Of a stretch of 64,000 bases of DNA, positions 38,594 through 48,220 are shown piece by piece. The stretch is taken from the IMG/VR virus record IMGVR_UViG_2907408351_000002. One strand, 5' to 3'. Position 1 is the first letter of the stretch; the number at the start of each line of letters is the position of its first letter. A model generated the notes under the pieces. That model searched no databases, was not told where the DNA came from, and was given only the letters and a program-made list of their open reading frames with translations. The stretch is from a virus. A program made the position numbers and the translations under genes.

Positions 38594-38770
38594 TTAAATT
38601 CCGGAAGAAGTTGCCCTAAAGACTTTTAGTTTTGATTTACCATCCGTTAAAGCGTCTTCTTTAATACATTTTACTTTGTAAGACTTTCCTAATTTAGATA
38701 TAATTTCCGTTTCCTCACCCTCTTTCATACCTGAAAGAATTTGTTGTGCATTCTGAATTTTGTTGCTCAT
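38594..38770 (-). CDS. Unlisted small ORF (58 aa, MSNKIQNAQQILSGMKEGEETEII…), below ORF-track cutoff
   Basis: Hand translation; AGAGGAAG 12 nt upstream of ATG on minus strand. Confidence 0.3.
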   Translation of the reverse strand: MSNKIQNAQQILSGMKEGEETEIISKLGKSYKVKCIKEDALTDGKSKLKVFRATSSGI

Positions 38771-38774
38771 ACTT

Positions 38775-38990
38775 TTAGGCTTCCTCTTGCTTATCTGAAT
38801 AATTCACTTTTCGATTCAATTTTTTTGCAATTTCGTGACTGATTCCGGTAATTTTGCAAACCTGCTTGATGCCGTATCCACGGTAAAACAGATATGAGGC
38901 CCGATCCTCTGGAGAGGTGGGAATATTATTATCTTCCTTATCCATTCTTTCTATTACCTTCATTGTATTTTTATATTCAGTTTCTTTCAT
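38775..38990 (-). CDS. Small HTH protein (71 aa)
   Basis: …IKQVCKITGISHEIAKKLNRKV… helix-turn-helix-like. Confidence 0.4.
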   Translation of the reverse strand: MKETEYKNTMKVIERMDKEDNNIPTSPEDRASYLFYRGYGIKQVCKITGISHEIAKKLNRKVNYSDKQEEA

Positions 38991-38996
38991 TTTTAA

Positions 38997-39587
38997 TTAT
39001 ACTGCGCTGAACAATTGGCGGTCTTCAGCTTTGACTATAAATTCTATTCTAATTTTTCTATAACATTCTTCCGCAAAATATTTTCTTGCGACCATACTTA
39101 CTGACTCGGGCAAAGGACTTAGAATTTGAATCAAATCCTTTTCAACCTTGATCTCGACCTTTTCTAAAAGTTTATTACTTGAAGGGGTTAATCTTTCTTT
39201 TGCCCAATTCAAAAATCCTAGCCAAGTGGGTTCTTTAATTGTCGCTAAAGATGCGAGTTTGTTTTCTGAATTTATAAATGGAAGCGAGGTAAAATCAGGA
39301 ACAAAAAGTAAATCAGTCGGAATCGTTACGACATAAATATTTGATCTTCTATTTCCTCTCCGTTGTTTTATGAGCCATCCCCGCTTCACGAGTTTATTCG
39401 TAAGTTGAGAAATCCTCCTCGGTTTCAATCTTCCACCTAATCTCCTGGAAATCGTATTTAAAGTTGGCCAACAATTTGCATTATGACCCTGAAAAGACCA
39501 AAGTACTATCCAAACAATCGCTTCTGAATACGGTAGATTTAAAAGAGCCGACAAAGGGGCGAATTCGAAATCTTTCTTCTTTTTCAT
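38997..39587 (-). CDS. Putative replication protein (phage replisome-organiser-like winged-helix N-terminus)
   Basis: …CWPTLNTISRRLGGRLKPRRISQLTNKLVKRGWLI… resembles replisome organiser N-domain; start moved to ATG 39587 (ATGA overlap). Confidence 0.4.
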   Translation of the reverse strand: MKKKKDFEFAPLSALLNLPYSEAIVWIVLWSFQGHNANCWPTLNTISRRLGGRLKPRRISQLTNKLVKRGWLIKQRRGNRRSNIYVVTIPTDLLFVPDFTSLPFINSENKLASLATIKEPTWLGFLNWAKERLTPSSNKLLEKVEIKVEKDLIQILSPLPESVSMVARKYFAEECYRKIRIEFIVKAEDRQLFSAV

Positions 39588-40018
39588 TCTGCCTTTTCGC
39601 CACCCTGGCAATTAGCCAAAAATTCATCTGGAGTTGTTAAATAAATCAGTCTTTCTGCTTGTTCATGTAGGTTTCGATCTCTCAACCATTCAAGTCTCGC
39701 GTCGACGCTCGTATTTTCGTCGTATCCTCCTTTACCTGTATGGAGTGAAGCATTGAGACAAAACATATTTAAAGGGTCCCAAGGCACGTATTTTGTATAT
39801 CTTGTTCTTCTTCCGAGGAGATGACAGACAACGAAATTATTTGAACCTGTTACAAGACACCTTTGGTCCATCTTTCTTCTCTTATTCATTCCATCCTTCA
39901 TACGTTTGGCTGCCTTTGTTGGCTCTTTTGTGCGTCGAGATTCTTGGTAGCGCTTCGCAGATTCCCTTCGTTTATTTTCCCAACGTAACATTCTTTCGTA
40001 TTGAGTCTCACGATTCAA
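39584..40018 (-). CDS. HNH-endonuclease-like protein
   Basis: …CLVTGS…VVCHLLGRR…DPLN…CLNASLH… Cys/His/Asn pattern. Confidence 0.35.
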   Translation of the reverse strand: MNRETQYERMLRWENKRRESAKRYQESRRTKEPTKAAKRMKDGMNKRRKMDQRCLVTGSNNFVVCHLLGRRTRYTKYVPWDPLNMFCLNASLHTGKGGYDENTSVDARLEWLRDRNLHEQAERLIYLTTPDEFLANCQGGEKAE

Positions 40019-40971
40019 ACTTCACCCGCCAACCCATCCATGCAATACGGGCAAGACACAGGGAAGCCGCCCAAATTTTCAGGTAGGGGATCTCCATGTA
40101 AGTCGACGAATATTTCAGTAGTCCCCTTGCAATGAACACATTGACCAGCCTTATCGACACACCAAGTCCGCAATTTTCTCATCGCTTCTTTGTATTCAGT
40201 CCAGGCTTTTAAAAAGTCACTCCCCGGTCTGAACATATAAGATTCTAAACTCTCGGAAAACTCACTAGAGATGTCTAAATGTTTTGCGATCGCATCCGAT
40301 AAAGGCCCCTTCCAAGGGGTGGAAGGGGGACTTGGTGAATTCCTGTTTGAACTTTCAGAAACTTTTTTATAAAGTTTATTTCCGCCAGTCGGAACTTTTG
40401 GTAATCGTTTACCTTCTTTTTCTAATTTTACACGCGACAGTGATTTCGTTCCGGCTTTCACTTTATTAAATTCCTTTGGATCGCTGTTTTTTAATTTAGC
40501 GGCTTCATTGACGTACTTTGAATTCGTTCCCATCAAGTCCGCGGCGATCTGGGCGGATCGTCCTTGGACGCTTGAATCCACATTCCCTTTTTCGGAACTA
40601 TCCTGATTTTTTAGATTCTGAATGCTTCTTTGTTTACTTGCCATTTCAAGCAACGGCAAATACTCGGTTGCAATCGCGGCTCTTTGTGAAGCATTCAGAT
40701 TTCGTCTGAAGTTAGAACGCATCGTATAATTTAATGCTTCGAGTTCGCTACCTTTGAAAGATTCATACTTAGCTTGCTTATTTGTCTCTTTTGCAGCTTT
40801 GTATCGATGCCATCCATCTAATATTTTGGATTCATAAAGAATAACTGGTTTTGTTTCATCATAACCATTCTTTTCCATATCTCCAAGGAGCAAGGCAAAC
40901 TCATCTGCTTGCATTTCCGGATAAAGATTGAAGGGATGTTTTTCTCTTAGTAATTGTGTCTGGTTTTCCAT
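40015..40971 (-). CDS. ParB/Srx-like nuclease-domain protein with C-terminal Zn-ribbon
   Basis: …ILDGWHRYKAAKE… ParB N-domain motif; C-terminal CVHCKG…CPYC. Confidence 0.65.
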   Translation of the reverse strand: MENQTQLLREKHPFNLYPEMQADEFALLLGDMEKNGYDETKPVILYESKILDGWHRYKAAKETNKQAKYESFKGSELEALNYTMRSNFRRNLNASQRAAIATEYLPLLEMASKQRSIQNLKNQDSSEKGNVDSSVQGRSAQIAADLMGTNSKYVNEAAKLKNSDPKEFNKVKAGTKSLSRVKLEKEGKRLPKVPTGGNKLYKKVSESSNRNSPSPPSTPWKGPLSDAIAKHLDISSEFSESLESYMFRPGSDFLKAWTEYKEAMRKLRTWCVDKAGQCVHCKGTTEIFVDLHGDPLPENLGGFPVSCPYCMDGLAGEV

Positions 40972-40990
40972 GCGAATTTTCTCTATATTA

Positions 40991-41269
40991 CTAAATCAAG
41001 AATCTGGAAAGAGGCTTTCCATATCTTATTTTTTTACGCAAATGGTCAGAAACGTCTGACTCAAGCATTTCATTCTCTAATTTATTCTCAGCGAGGAATA
41101 AACCTTCTAATAGACTTCGAGCAATTATCTTTATGTAATTCCCTTGATCTGGACTAAGTGAGTCTGTTCTAATAGAATGACCCATTAGCACGTTCAAAGT
41201 AACGTAACCTTCGAGTTTACTTTTTTCATCCACATCCGATTCTAACAATTCTCCAATTATTTCCATCAA
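40991..41269 (-). CDS. Small acidic protein (92 aa)
   Basis: ORF track. Confidence 0.35.
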   Translation of the reverse strand: MMEIIGELLESDVDEKSKLEGYVTLNVLMGHSIRTDSLSPDQGNYIKIIARSLLEGLFLAENKLENEMLESDVSDHLRKKIRYGKPLSRFLI

Positions 41270-41379
41270 AACTCCTTTATAAAGTATTCCGCGAGAGCCA
41301 TAATTTCACCTTTGAAATTATGCAAGGTCAAAATCATCAAACCCTTTCCCCAGTGGAGCTCTCGCGAGATACTCTACTC

Positions 41380-41634
41380 CTAATTCTTTTTAAAATAATG
41401 ATCAAAACACGAAAACATCATAGGCGGATTCTTTGAACCGACCTTGAGACCATCTAAGTAGATACTTACATGAACAGGATCTTTTACGCACATTACCCTT
41501 TCATCATTCTTTCTGAAACACACTTGATCTCGTATATATGCAACTGTTCCGTTCGGATAATGATACTTATTTGGAACAACTGATTCGATGAAACCATTCT
41601 CTATAAGTAATTTCTTAATTACATCATCGTTCAT
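41380..41634 (-). CDS. Hypothetical small protein (84 aa)
   Basis: ORF track. Confidence 0.35.
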   Translation of the reverse strand: MNDDVIKKLLIENGFIESVVPNKYHYPNGTVAYIRDQVCFRKNDERVMCVKDPVHVSIYLDGLKVGSKNPPMMFSCFDHYFKKN

Positions 41635-41969
41635 TTTTGTCCCTGATTTTTGTTAATATGTCTCATTGGTTTATAAAAAAAAGAATCCGCGGGTCTGCTT
41701 TTGGAATCCTCAAGGTATGAATTCGCCGCTTTCAGAGCCGACAGTTCACGTCTTTTTAAAACCTGATTTTTTACATTAGCTTTGAATTCTTCAAACCACC
41801 TCGAAGGGAGGATTTCCGAATCAGTGCAATTGACCCACTGGGCAAAGTAAAAGATACCAATGGCGATGATGAAAAGCATTCCGAAAATTACATTCATAGA
41901 ACTACACCCCACCCTATGATCAGGAACGTAACGAGATAACCACATGTGACGACGGGTCTGATGGGCCAT
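41631..41969 (-). CDS. Small membrane protein (112 aa)
   Basis: Hydrophobic segment IFGMLFIIAIGIFYFAQW. Confidence 0.35.
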   Translation of the reverse strand: MAHQTRRHMWLSRYVPDHRVGCSSMNVIFGMLFIIAIGIFYFAQWVNCTDSEILPSRWFEEFKANVKNQVLKRRELSALKAANSYLEDSKSRPADSFFYKPMRHINKNQGQK

Positions 41970-42048
41970 TCGGTTTTGGAATCATACCCATGTCTCAGAA
42001 TCGCGATCCGTTTCCGGAAACGAAAAGTGCACAACTTGCGTTCGATGT

Positions 42049-42333
42049 TCATTTTGCTTTCCTTCCTCCATTGTGCTTTATTCCATTCTTTTTAATCGAA
42101 AGTTTGATTCGTTTCGATTCGCAATGCCGGCATATGTTTAAGAAAAATTTCTGTTTCCATTTTACCGGAAACATCCAAAGTTCCTTTGTCGCTTCACATA
42201 CATCGCATCGTCTCACGGTGTGAATGAGCTCCTTACCGAATTCTTTTACCATCCTCTCGTAAGCTCTTCGGAGACGAACATTATCCCGGCCGCCTGCGTT
42301 CTGGAAGGAAACCTTTCCTTTAAACGACTTCAT
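42049..42333 (-). CDS. Small Zn-ribbon protein (start uncertain; ORF-track start 42432 overlaps sbcC-like gene)
   Basis: CDVCE…CRHCE motif. Confidence 0.3.
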   Translation of the reverse strand: MKSFKGKVSFQNAGGRDNVRLRRAYERMVKEFGKELIHTVRRCDVCEATKELWMFPVKWKQKFFLNICRHCESKRIKLSIKKNGIKHNGGRKAK

Positions 42334-44704
42334 AGTCCACCTCAAGCAACTCATCCTCGGCCTCAAATTCTTCGGACCCAAAGGATAGATCGTAAATTTT
42401 TCCATTTTTAACTTCAAAAATTCGATCCGCAAGTTCTTGAATCGCCTTCTTGTGAGTAATAAAAATCACTTGTTTGAATCGACCTTCTTCAATCGCTCGA
42501 TCTAGCATTTTTTGGTATTGGAAAACGGTATCGGAATCTAATCCTCCGTCGGATTCATCCCGAAGCAGCGTTTGAATATCCGCTCCAAATTTGTTCCGTT
42601 TATATACCGCCACTCCTAATGAAATCGCTTCATTGAGAATGTTCCCTTCTCCGCCAGATTTATTTTTAATTAAGGATTCGATACCGGTCCGGTTATCCAA
42701 TACTGTAACTGAAAAATCCTCTTTAGAATTCCCGGTCGCGTTTTCTCTTAAAGTATTGATTTTGATTTGAAATACTCCGGGGAAAGATTCCGCGAGAATC
42801 GAATTGATTGCCGAAGATATTTCGGGACCGGCAGCGTCGACCATCAAGGCGCGGGCTCCTTTTGGACCAAGTGCCTCACAAATGGATCGCAATTTTCCGA
42901 GTTGGGTTTCTTTTGAAATTCTTTCTTCATTGAGATCTGAAACTCTTTTCTCATTTTTTAATGCGATTTCTAGTTTAGCAGAATGAGAACCGATTTCCTT
43001 TTCTATCTCAGATTTAGATTCCTGCAACGGCGTGAGAAGTTCTTCGGAATCTTTGAGTTCTTTTTCCGCATTTGTGATTGCTGTCTCCTCGTCCGATTTC
43101 GCGTTTATAAGAATTTCGGTTTCTGATTTGAGAATATCTTTTCTAGAATTTGATTCTTTTAGTTGCTGGATGCTTTTTTTGTAGTCCTCAATTTTTTCTT
43201 CCGCGGTTTCTAAATATGGAATCAATTTTACCAAATCAGTATGTGTGGAATCTTTCAACTTTGCTTGAAGCGATTCCAATTCTTTTTCTAAATCAGAGTA
43301 GGTGCTTTTCGCGAGCAGAAATTCCGGAATTGATTTAAGATTAAGAAGTTCATCTTCGATCTGTTTGATCTCCGATTTTCGAATCGAAATGAATTCCTCA
43401 TCGATCTTAATATCCGAGATTTGATTTTCGAGCTCTTCTAATTTTGTTAAAAGCGGAGGGAGTTCCGCTTGAGACACCCTTGCATCTTTAAGTAGCGGGC
43501 AGGCTTCCGGGAGATCAATACCTTCGATAATTTTCCCGCGGCAAGGGACTTCGCTAAGAAGCCTTGTTTTTGATTGAGTTTCCTTGATTTTAGAAGCAAG
43601 ACCGGCTTTTTCTACCTGTAGTTTTGTTCTTATCTCAGATTGAATTTTGTTTTCTTTCTCTTGAGGAGAAATTTCATTTTCAAGTTTTGTTTTTTTTGAT
43701 GAGAGCTCATTTTCTTTTTCTTCTACAAACTTTTCCTGATCTTCAAGACTTTTCTTTGCTCGCTCTTTTTTAGGAAGTATTTCTCTCTCCTTCTTTTCCC
43801 ATTCCTTTTGATTCAACTCTGCTTCTCTGATTTCTCTGGATCGAGCAAGCAGTTGAGTTTTATTTGCTTCAATTTTTTTCTCGAATCCTTCGATTGAAGA
43901 AACGTCTGAAGCAATTTCTTTCCGAATCGCTTCCAGTTTGTCCTTTAATTCGGATATGTCTTTGAAATTTGCTCTTAGGTCCGCTAACCTTTGTCTTTTC
44001 TCATTCGAATCTTGAGTTACCTTTTCGATTTCCTTTATCTTTGCGTTTAAGATTTCTTGTTTCGTATCCAATTCTTTTCGGAGATCAACGGATGATTCGG
44101 AATTGGAAATCATTTGAATACCAGACTTTATTCCTTCTAATTCCTTAGATACTTTTGTTCGCTTCGTATCAAAGAATGAAAATTGTTTGTCGTATTCACT
44201 AAAATTTAGAAGGTCATCGAAAAGTTCGCGAACATCTTTTTGGTCTAACCCAGTAAGTCTACCTTTTCCGGTTTGGGCATGGTAGATTGCGGATAAAAAC
44301 ACTCTTTCGGTGATTTTTGTTACTTCAAAGAGTTTATCGTTGAAGTCCTTTATTTTTCCTTCTGAAACCGCTTTCCCATCAATATAGAGATACGGTATTT
44401 GTTTTCTGGATACCGGATCGATTAGTCGTTTAGCGTGGATCGTGTGGCCGTTCATCGAAACTGTCGATTCGACAAATGAATCACGAGCGATAAAACAATC
44501 GTAAATCGCGCCTTCATCCCGGCCGGAAGCGGATTCGCGCAGGGGAGTTTTCCCAAACCAGGACATGAAGAGCGTATCCATCAATGAGGATTTTCCCGCA
44601 CCGGTTCTTCCTACGATCGCGATTTTCTTAAGATTAGGGATTCTAAAATCAGTTTCTTCAGGGAAAGCAATCATCCCCTTTGTTTTTAGTGCTTCGATGA
44701 TCAT
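42320..44704 (-). CDS. sbcC: SbcC/Rad50-like ATPase (794 aa)
   Basis: Walker A IVGRTGAGKSSL, long coiled-coil, C-terminal signature KSGGEGN and D-loop LLRDESDGGLD. Confidence 0.75.
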   Translation of the reverse strand: MIIEALKTKGMIAFPEETDFRIPNLKKIAIVGRTGAGKSSLMDTLFMSWFGKTPLRESASGRDEGAIYDCFIARDSFVESTVSMNGHTIHAKRLIDPVSRKQIPYLYIDGKAVSEGKIKDFNDKLFEVTKITERVFLSAIYHAQTGKGRLTGLDQKDVRELFDDLLNFSEYDKQFSFFDTKRTKVSKELEGIKSGIQMISNSESSVDLRKELDTKQEILNAKIKEIEKVTQDSNEKRQRLADLRANFKDISELKDKLEAIRKEIASDVSSIEGFEKKIEANKTQLLARSREIREAELNQKEWEKKEREILPKKERAKKSLEDQEKFVEEKENELSSKKTKLENEISPQEKENKIQSEIRTKLQVEKAGLASKIKETQSKTRLLSEVPCRGKIIEGIDLPEACPLLKDARVSQAELPPLLTKLEELENQISDIKIDEEFISIRKSEIKQIEDELLNLKSIPEFLLAKSTYSDLEKELESLQAKLKDSTHTDLVKLIPYLETAEEKIEDYKKSIQQLKESNSRKDILKSETEILINAKSDEETAITNAEKELKDSEELLTPLQESKSEIEKEIGSHSAKLEIALKNEKRVSDLNEERISKETQLGKLRSICEALGPKGARALMVDAAGPEISSAINSILAESFPGVFQIKINTLRENATGNSKEDFSVTVLDNRTGIESLIKNKSGGEGNILNEAISLGVAVYKRNKFGADIQTLLRDESDGGLDSDTVFQYQKMLDRAIEEGRFKQVIFITHKKAIQELADRIFEVKNGKIYDLSFGSEEFEAEDELLEVDYEVV

Positions 44705-45879
44705 AAAACGCTTTCCTCTATTCTCAACCCTTCAGTCATTTCAAAATACCCCATCCGATATTCTTCCAATAACCCATGGATCTCACTTTCTGGTTTATTT
44801 TTTGCCCGGAAATATACGATAACTCCGTCTTCAATAGACTCGACGGATCCGATTTCTTCCGACCGAACCGCGACAGTTGAAATGGTGTTCCTTTCAGGTT
44901 TCAACTCTGTTGCATTGGGGAAAAATGATTCGAGTTTTTTCGGAACTGAATGAGAAAGCGATTCCGGAACATCAAGACGTATCCGGATCTTTCCTTTGAA
45001 TTCCGACGGTTCCAGAATTTTTCCGGATTCCTTATCGATAAGGTTTTCACCATCCCAGTTGAGGTTCACGGTTCGCATCGGGGCCGGATTCAGGGAAATG
45101 AAATCAGGTTCTAGTCGCCAAGATCCTTCTTCGATTTCCCAAATAAGAATCCCTTTATCGTCTTCCGCCTCTCCCCAGGTTTGTCGGGTCGTTGATCCAG
45201 AATACCAAATCCATTTACCGATCTTCTGGCAAAAATGATAGTGTCCACCAACCACCGGACAACCGAATGAATCCAGGATCGTCTGAGGAAGAAACATACC
45301 ATTGTTTCTGGGGATTCTCTTGTTATCTAGTACTGCACCTGAAACTGTCCCGTGGAATAAAACCAGAGAGGGTCCGGAATAGTTTCGAATTTTTTGAAAC
45401 CAATCTTCAAGTAAATCTACGATCAGGTTGTTTCCCTTTGAATGGAAATCCTCAATCGATTGATTTTGGAGCGCGAGCGCTCCGGCGCCGAAATGCGGAA
45501 GCGCGAAGACCTGAATTCTTTCAAGCGAATCCGGAAGAACTATGTGACCCGGCTTATCAAATTCGTAACAAAGAGGATTCAGTTTATCCTTGAACGATCT
45601 TAAATCCTTTGGTTTGTCGTGATTTCCTCGTAGGATAATTGTCGTGATTCCCGCACTATGAAGGGTATCGAGGAAGATTCTGAAAACAAGCCTTTGCTCA
45701 GGGTCGGAAACATCCTCGAAGATATCCCCGTTGACACAAACGATCTTGCACCCTTTTTCGATAAAGATACCGGCGGCTTTCATCAGAGCCACCGCCTCTT
45801 CCGTACCTTCGCCACCGCGGAGATGAATGTCTGCTATTTGTCCTACGATCATTGCTTTCTCGCTCCGAGTTCTTTCCAT
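44701..45879 (-). CDS. sbcD: SbcD/Mre11-like nuclease (calcineurin-like phosphoesterase)
   Basis: Motifs DIHLRGG, VCVNGDIFED, LRGNHD. Confidence 0.8.
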   Translation of the reverse strand: MERTRSEKAMIVGQIADIHLRGGEGTEEAVALMKAAGIFIEKGCKIVCVNGDIFEDVSDPEQRLVFRIFLDTLHSAGITTIILRGNHDKPKDLRSFKDKLNPLCYEFDKPGHIVLPDSLERIQVFALPHFGAGALALQNQSIEDFHSKGNNLIVDLLEDWFQKIRNYSGPSLVLFHGTVSGAVLDNKRIPRNNGMFLPQTILDSFGCPVVGGHYHFCQKIGKWIWYSGSTTRQTWGEAEDDKGILIWEIEEGSWRLEPDFISLNPAPMRTVNLNWDGENLIDKESGKILEPSEFKGKIRIRLDVPESLSHSVPKKLESFFPNATELKPERNTISTVAVRSEEIGSVESIEDGVIVYFRAKNKPESEIHGLLEEYRMGYFEMTEGLRIEESVL

Positions 45880-46712
45880 TTTCTTCCCAAAATTGCGCGG
45901 AGACCTTCGAACGTAACCTGATCAAAATCTTTTTGCGAGAACGTCGAGGATAGAGACTGGACGTCTTCTTGAGTTTTGCAGTTTTCCAATTTCTCAAGAA
46001 TCGATTCCTGAGATGGCCCGAGATTGATTGACTTAGTATTTTCTCCATAAAGCGCATCTGCCGCGGCAGTCGCGGAACCGGTCACTGTTTTATCCACCGG
46101 AGCTCCTTCCGCAAAAACAGGTTTGAGACATACCCACATTTTCAATGCTTGGGATTTTAGCATTTGAGTTGGTAAGTTAAGCAGATACTTTATCGCGTTC
46201 CGTTGCGCTTTCTTGTCAACACTCTCGTTTAGATGGGCTTGCTGCTTACCATGTTTAGTCATCATGGGTAACGCTTTAGGAATCGGTGGAGTGTTTATTT
46301 TTACTCCATTGGGTAGAATCATGGAAGCAACGTAGGTTATTTCTAAGTGTTTTAATCCATTGATTTCTATCTCTTCCCTTCCAACTCTTTCCAATTTTAT
46401 TCCTGTCGCTTGACCTAATGAAATAATTTTTTCGACTTTCAACATCGCATGATCTTTTGCTATGCCAATTTCTAATCCAGTTACTTCGTCATAGACATCA
46501 TTTTCGGAGACTTCTATGATTTGTGGCACGAGAGAAACACCGGCCGGTAAATGACTCATCAAAAATTCTGAGAACAATACTACGTTATAATCCTCCGGTG
46601 GAAATAATGTTCTCAACGCGGCCAGTTTATCTTTGTGATTGTTTTTGTAAGCCATCGGGTTAATGGCACCGTTCGCCAAAACGAGATCTGAAATTTTATC
46701 TGTAACACTCAT
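45849..46712 (-). CDS. Hypothetical early protein (287 aa), possible recombination partner of SbcCD-like pair
   Basis: Position only. Confidence 0.45.
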   Translation of the reverse strand: MSVTDKISDLVLANGAINPMAYKNNHKDKLAALRTLFPPEDYNVVLFSEFLMSHLPAGVSLVPQIIEVSENDVYDEVTGLEIGIAKDHAMLKVEKIISLGQATGIKLERVGREEIEINGLKHLEITYVASMILPNGVKINTPPIPKALPMMTKHGKQQAHLNESVDKKAQRNAIKYLLNLPTQMLKSQALKMWVCLKPVFAEGAPVDKTVTGSATAAADALYGENTKSINLGPSQESILEKLENCKTQEDVQSLSSTFSQKDFDQVTFEGLRAILGRKWKELGARKQ

Positions 46713-46713
46713 C

Positions 46714-47004
46714 TTATGCCTCCACCGTAAAATTGTAAGAAGACCTGATATCGGAAATCTTTGCTTTCAAATCCAAGACTTCTTTTTTTAATTTCCGATT
46801 CTCATTGAGGATCTCGCGGAAACGATTCCAGAGATTTCGGAGAACTCCGATTGATCTGATTGGTTTCATAGCATTTCGATTCAGTTTTTTTAAGGACTTC
46901 CGAATTTCAGGAGTCGATTCCGCTTCGGTAAATTCCGGAAAATCCAAAGGATTACGATTGAGCATCAATTTTCGGAGTGGTTTCATTTGCAGATCTGCAT
47001 TCAT
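46714..47004 (-). CDS. Hypothetical small protein (start moved to ATG 47004, ATGA overlap)
   Basis: Coupling logic. Confidence 0.35.
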   Translation of the reverse strand: MNADLQMKPLRKLMLNRNPLDFPEFTEAESTPEIRKSLKKLNRNAMKPIRSIGVLRNLWNRFREILNENRKLKKEVLDLKAKISDIRSSYNFTVEA

Positions 47005-47279
47005 AGTACTACGCCCTTCTCTTCTAAATATTTTAGAAGCCCGCTCATCCCGTATCCAAGTTCCGCGATTATTTTTACGCAATCTTCCGGGGATTCAACG
47101 TGATCTACAAGATTCTCATAAAGGTCCGATATCGAGAATATCCGAACATGGCAATCACCCTCTACTGCTCTGGCGAAGGCTTCAGAAAATGAAATGTCGC
47201 TAAAATCGGAAGCCGATCCGGTTACAGGAAATTTTCTTAATTCATCTCCTGCGCTTATTGTCCTAAAATTTTGGTTCAT
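47001..47279 (-). CDS. Hypothetical small protein (start at ATG 47279 preceded by AGGAGA)
   Basis: RBS on minus strand; ORF-track start 47336 lacks one. Confidence 0.4.
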   Translation of the reverse strand: MNQNFRTISAGDELRKFPVTGSASDFSDISFSEAFARAVEGDCHVRIFSISDLYENLVDHVESPEDCVKIIAELGYGMSGLLKYLEEKGVVL

Positions 47280-47441
47280 GGTTTTCTCCTTTACTTTTTT
47301 TCTAAAACTCAGGCTCATGATCCAAAAGGGCATCATGGCCTTTTCTCCAGCCTCGTTTCCGTTCCAGCGGGAACGGGGCTTCTTTATTTTGCGACCTTAC
47401 TTGATTGATAAAATATCTCAAACGGTCACATTGCTTTTTTT

Positions 47442-47864
47442 CTATGCTGTTAGCTTTGATATTCTCATTTCAGATTTTATAAGATTCCTAACGAAAGATG
47501 ACATTCCTTCCTTTGTTTTTGCTCCTTGTTCTTCTACAAACTCACGTTCTTCTTTCGTAAGGAGAACAAGAACCTGCTCGGAATAATATGAATTCACGTC
47601 CGATCGTTTTTTATAAATGCTATATCCCTTTCGATTCAAGAACTTGTATTCAGCTCTGCTTAAAGGCTCTTTTCCGATTTTTTCCGACAAATAATTCATT
47701 CGTGTTGTTACTCTAAGTTTCTTAAGATCCGAAACCTTGAATCCATGTTCAGAGTATTTTTTTATTAGTTTTGTTTCAGATTGATTGGTAATCTTTGCAA
47801 TTTCTCGTAACGTATTTCCCTCGACGTACATCCGCAAAAGTTCTTGTATTTCGATCTTTTCCAT
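47442..47864 (-). CDS. HTH DNA-binding protein (140 aa), early regulator candidate
   Basis: N-terminal …GNTLREIAKITNQSETKLIKKY…. Confidence 0.45.
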   Translation of the reverse strand: MEKIEIQELLRMYVEGNTLREIAKITNQSETKLIKKYSEHGFKVSDLKKLRVTTRMNYLSEKIGKEPLSRAEYKFLNRKGYSIYKKRSDVNSYYSEQVLVLLTKEEREFVEEQGAKTKEGMSSFVRNLIKSEMRISKLTA

Positions 47865-47877
47865 TGGATTTACTTTT

Positions 47878-48129
47878 TCAAGATGCTCTTTTATACTTGC
47901 TCGGCGTCCGGCCGTGATTTATCCCGAGATCCTTCAAATATTGAAGCACCTGATCGTTGTTAGATCTTCCTTTGATAGTATGCCGCACCGTGTCGTAGGA
48001 AACGCCCGCGATTCGAAGTTTTAAATCCATATAACCCAAACCCAGGACTTTAAGTTTTTCATCAATTTCTTCTGGCGACATAACTCCCTTCGGCCATTTT
48101 CCTTGTTGCAATTTATTACCTTTCATCAA
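47878..48129 (-). CDS. Cro-like HTH regulator (83 aa), first gene of leftward early operon
   Basis: HTH …AGVSYDTVRHTIKGRS…; divergent from CI-like gene across operator region. Confidence 0.45.
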   Translation of the reverse strand: MMKGNKLQQGKWPKGVMSPEEIDEKLKVLGLGYMDLKLRIAGVSYDTVRHTIKGRSNNDQVLQYLKDLGINHGRTPSKYKRAS

Positions 48130-48174
48130 TCGTTCCTTCTACAATGTCGTCGGTGTCGGCGTCAGAAATACACT

Positions 48175-48191
48175 GGTTTACAATGTAAACC
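48175..48191. promoter_or_regulatory. Operator O1: perfect palindrome GGTTTACA-A-TGTAAACC
   Basis: Read directly; lies in 83-bp divergent intergenic region. Confidence 0.5.
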
Positions 48192-48206
48192 TAGTCAAGC
48201 ATAAAA

Positions 48207-48220
48207 TTTACATTGTCAAC
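48207..48220. promoter_or_regulatory. Operator O2-like imperfect copy TTTACATTGTCAAC overlapping the CI-like start codon
   Basis: Shares TTTACA…TG half-sites with O1. Confidence 0.35.
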
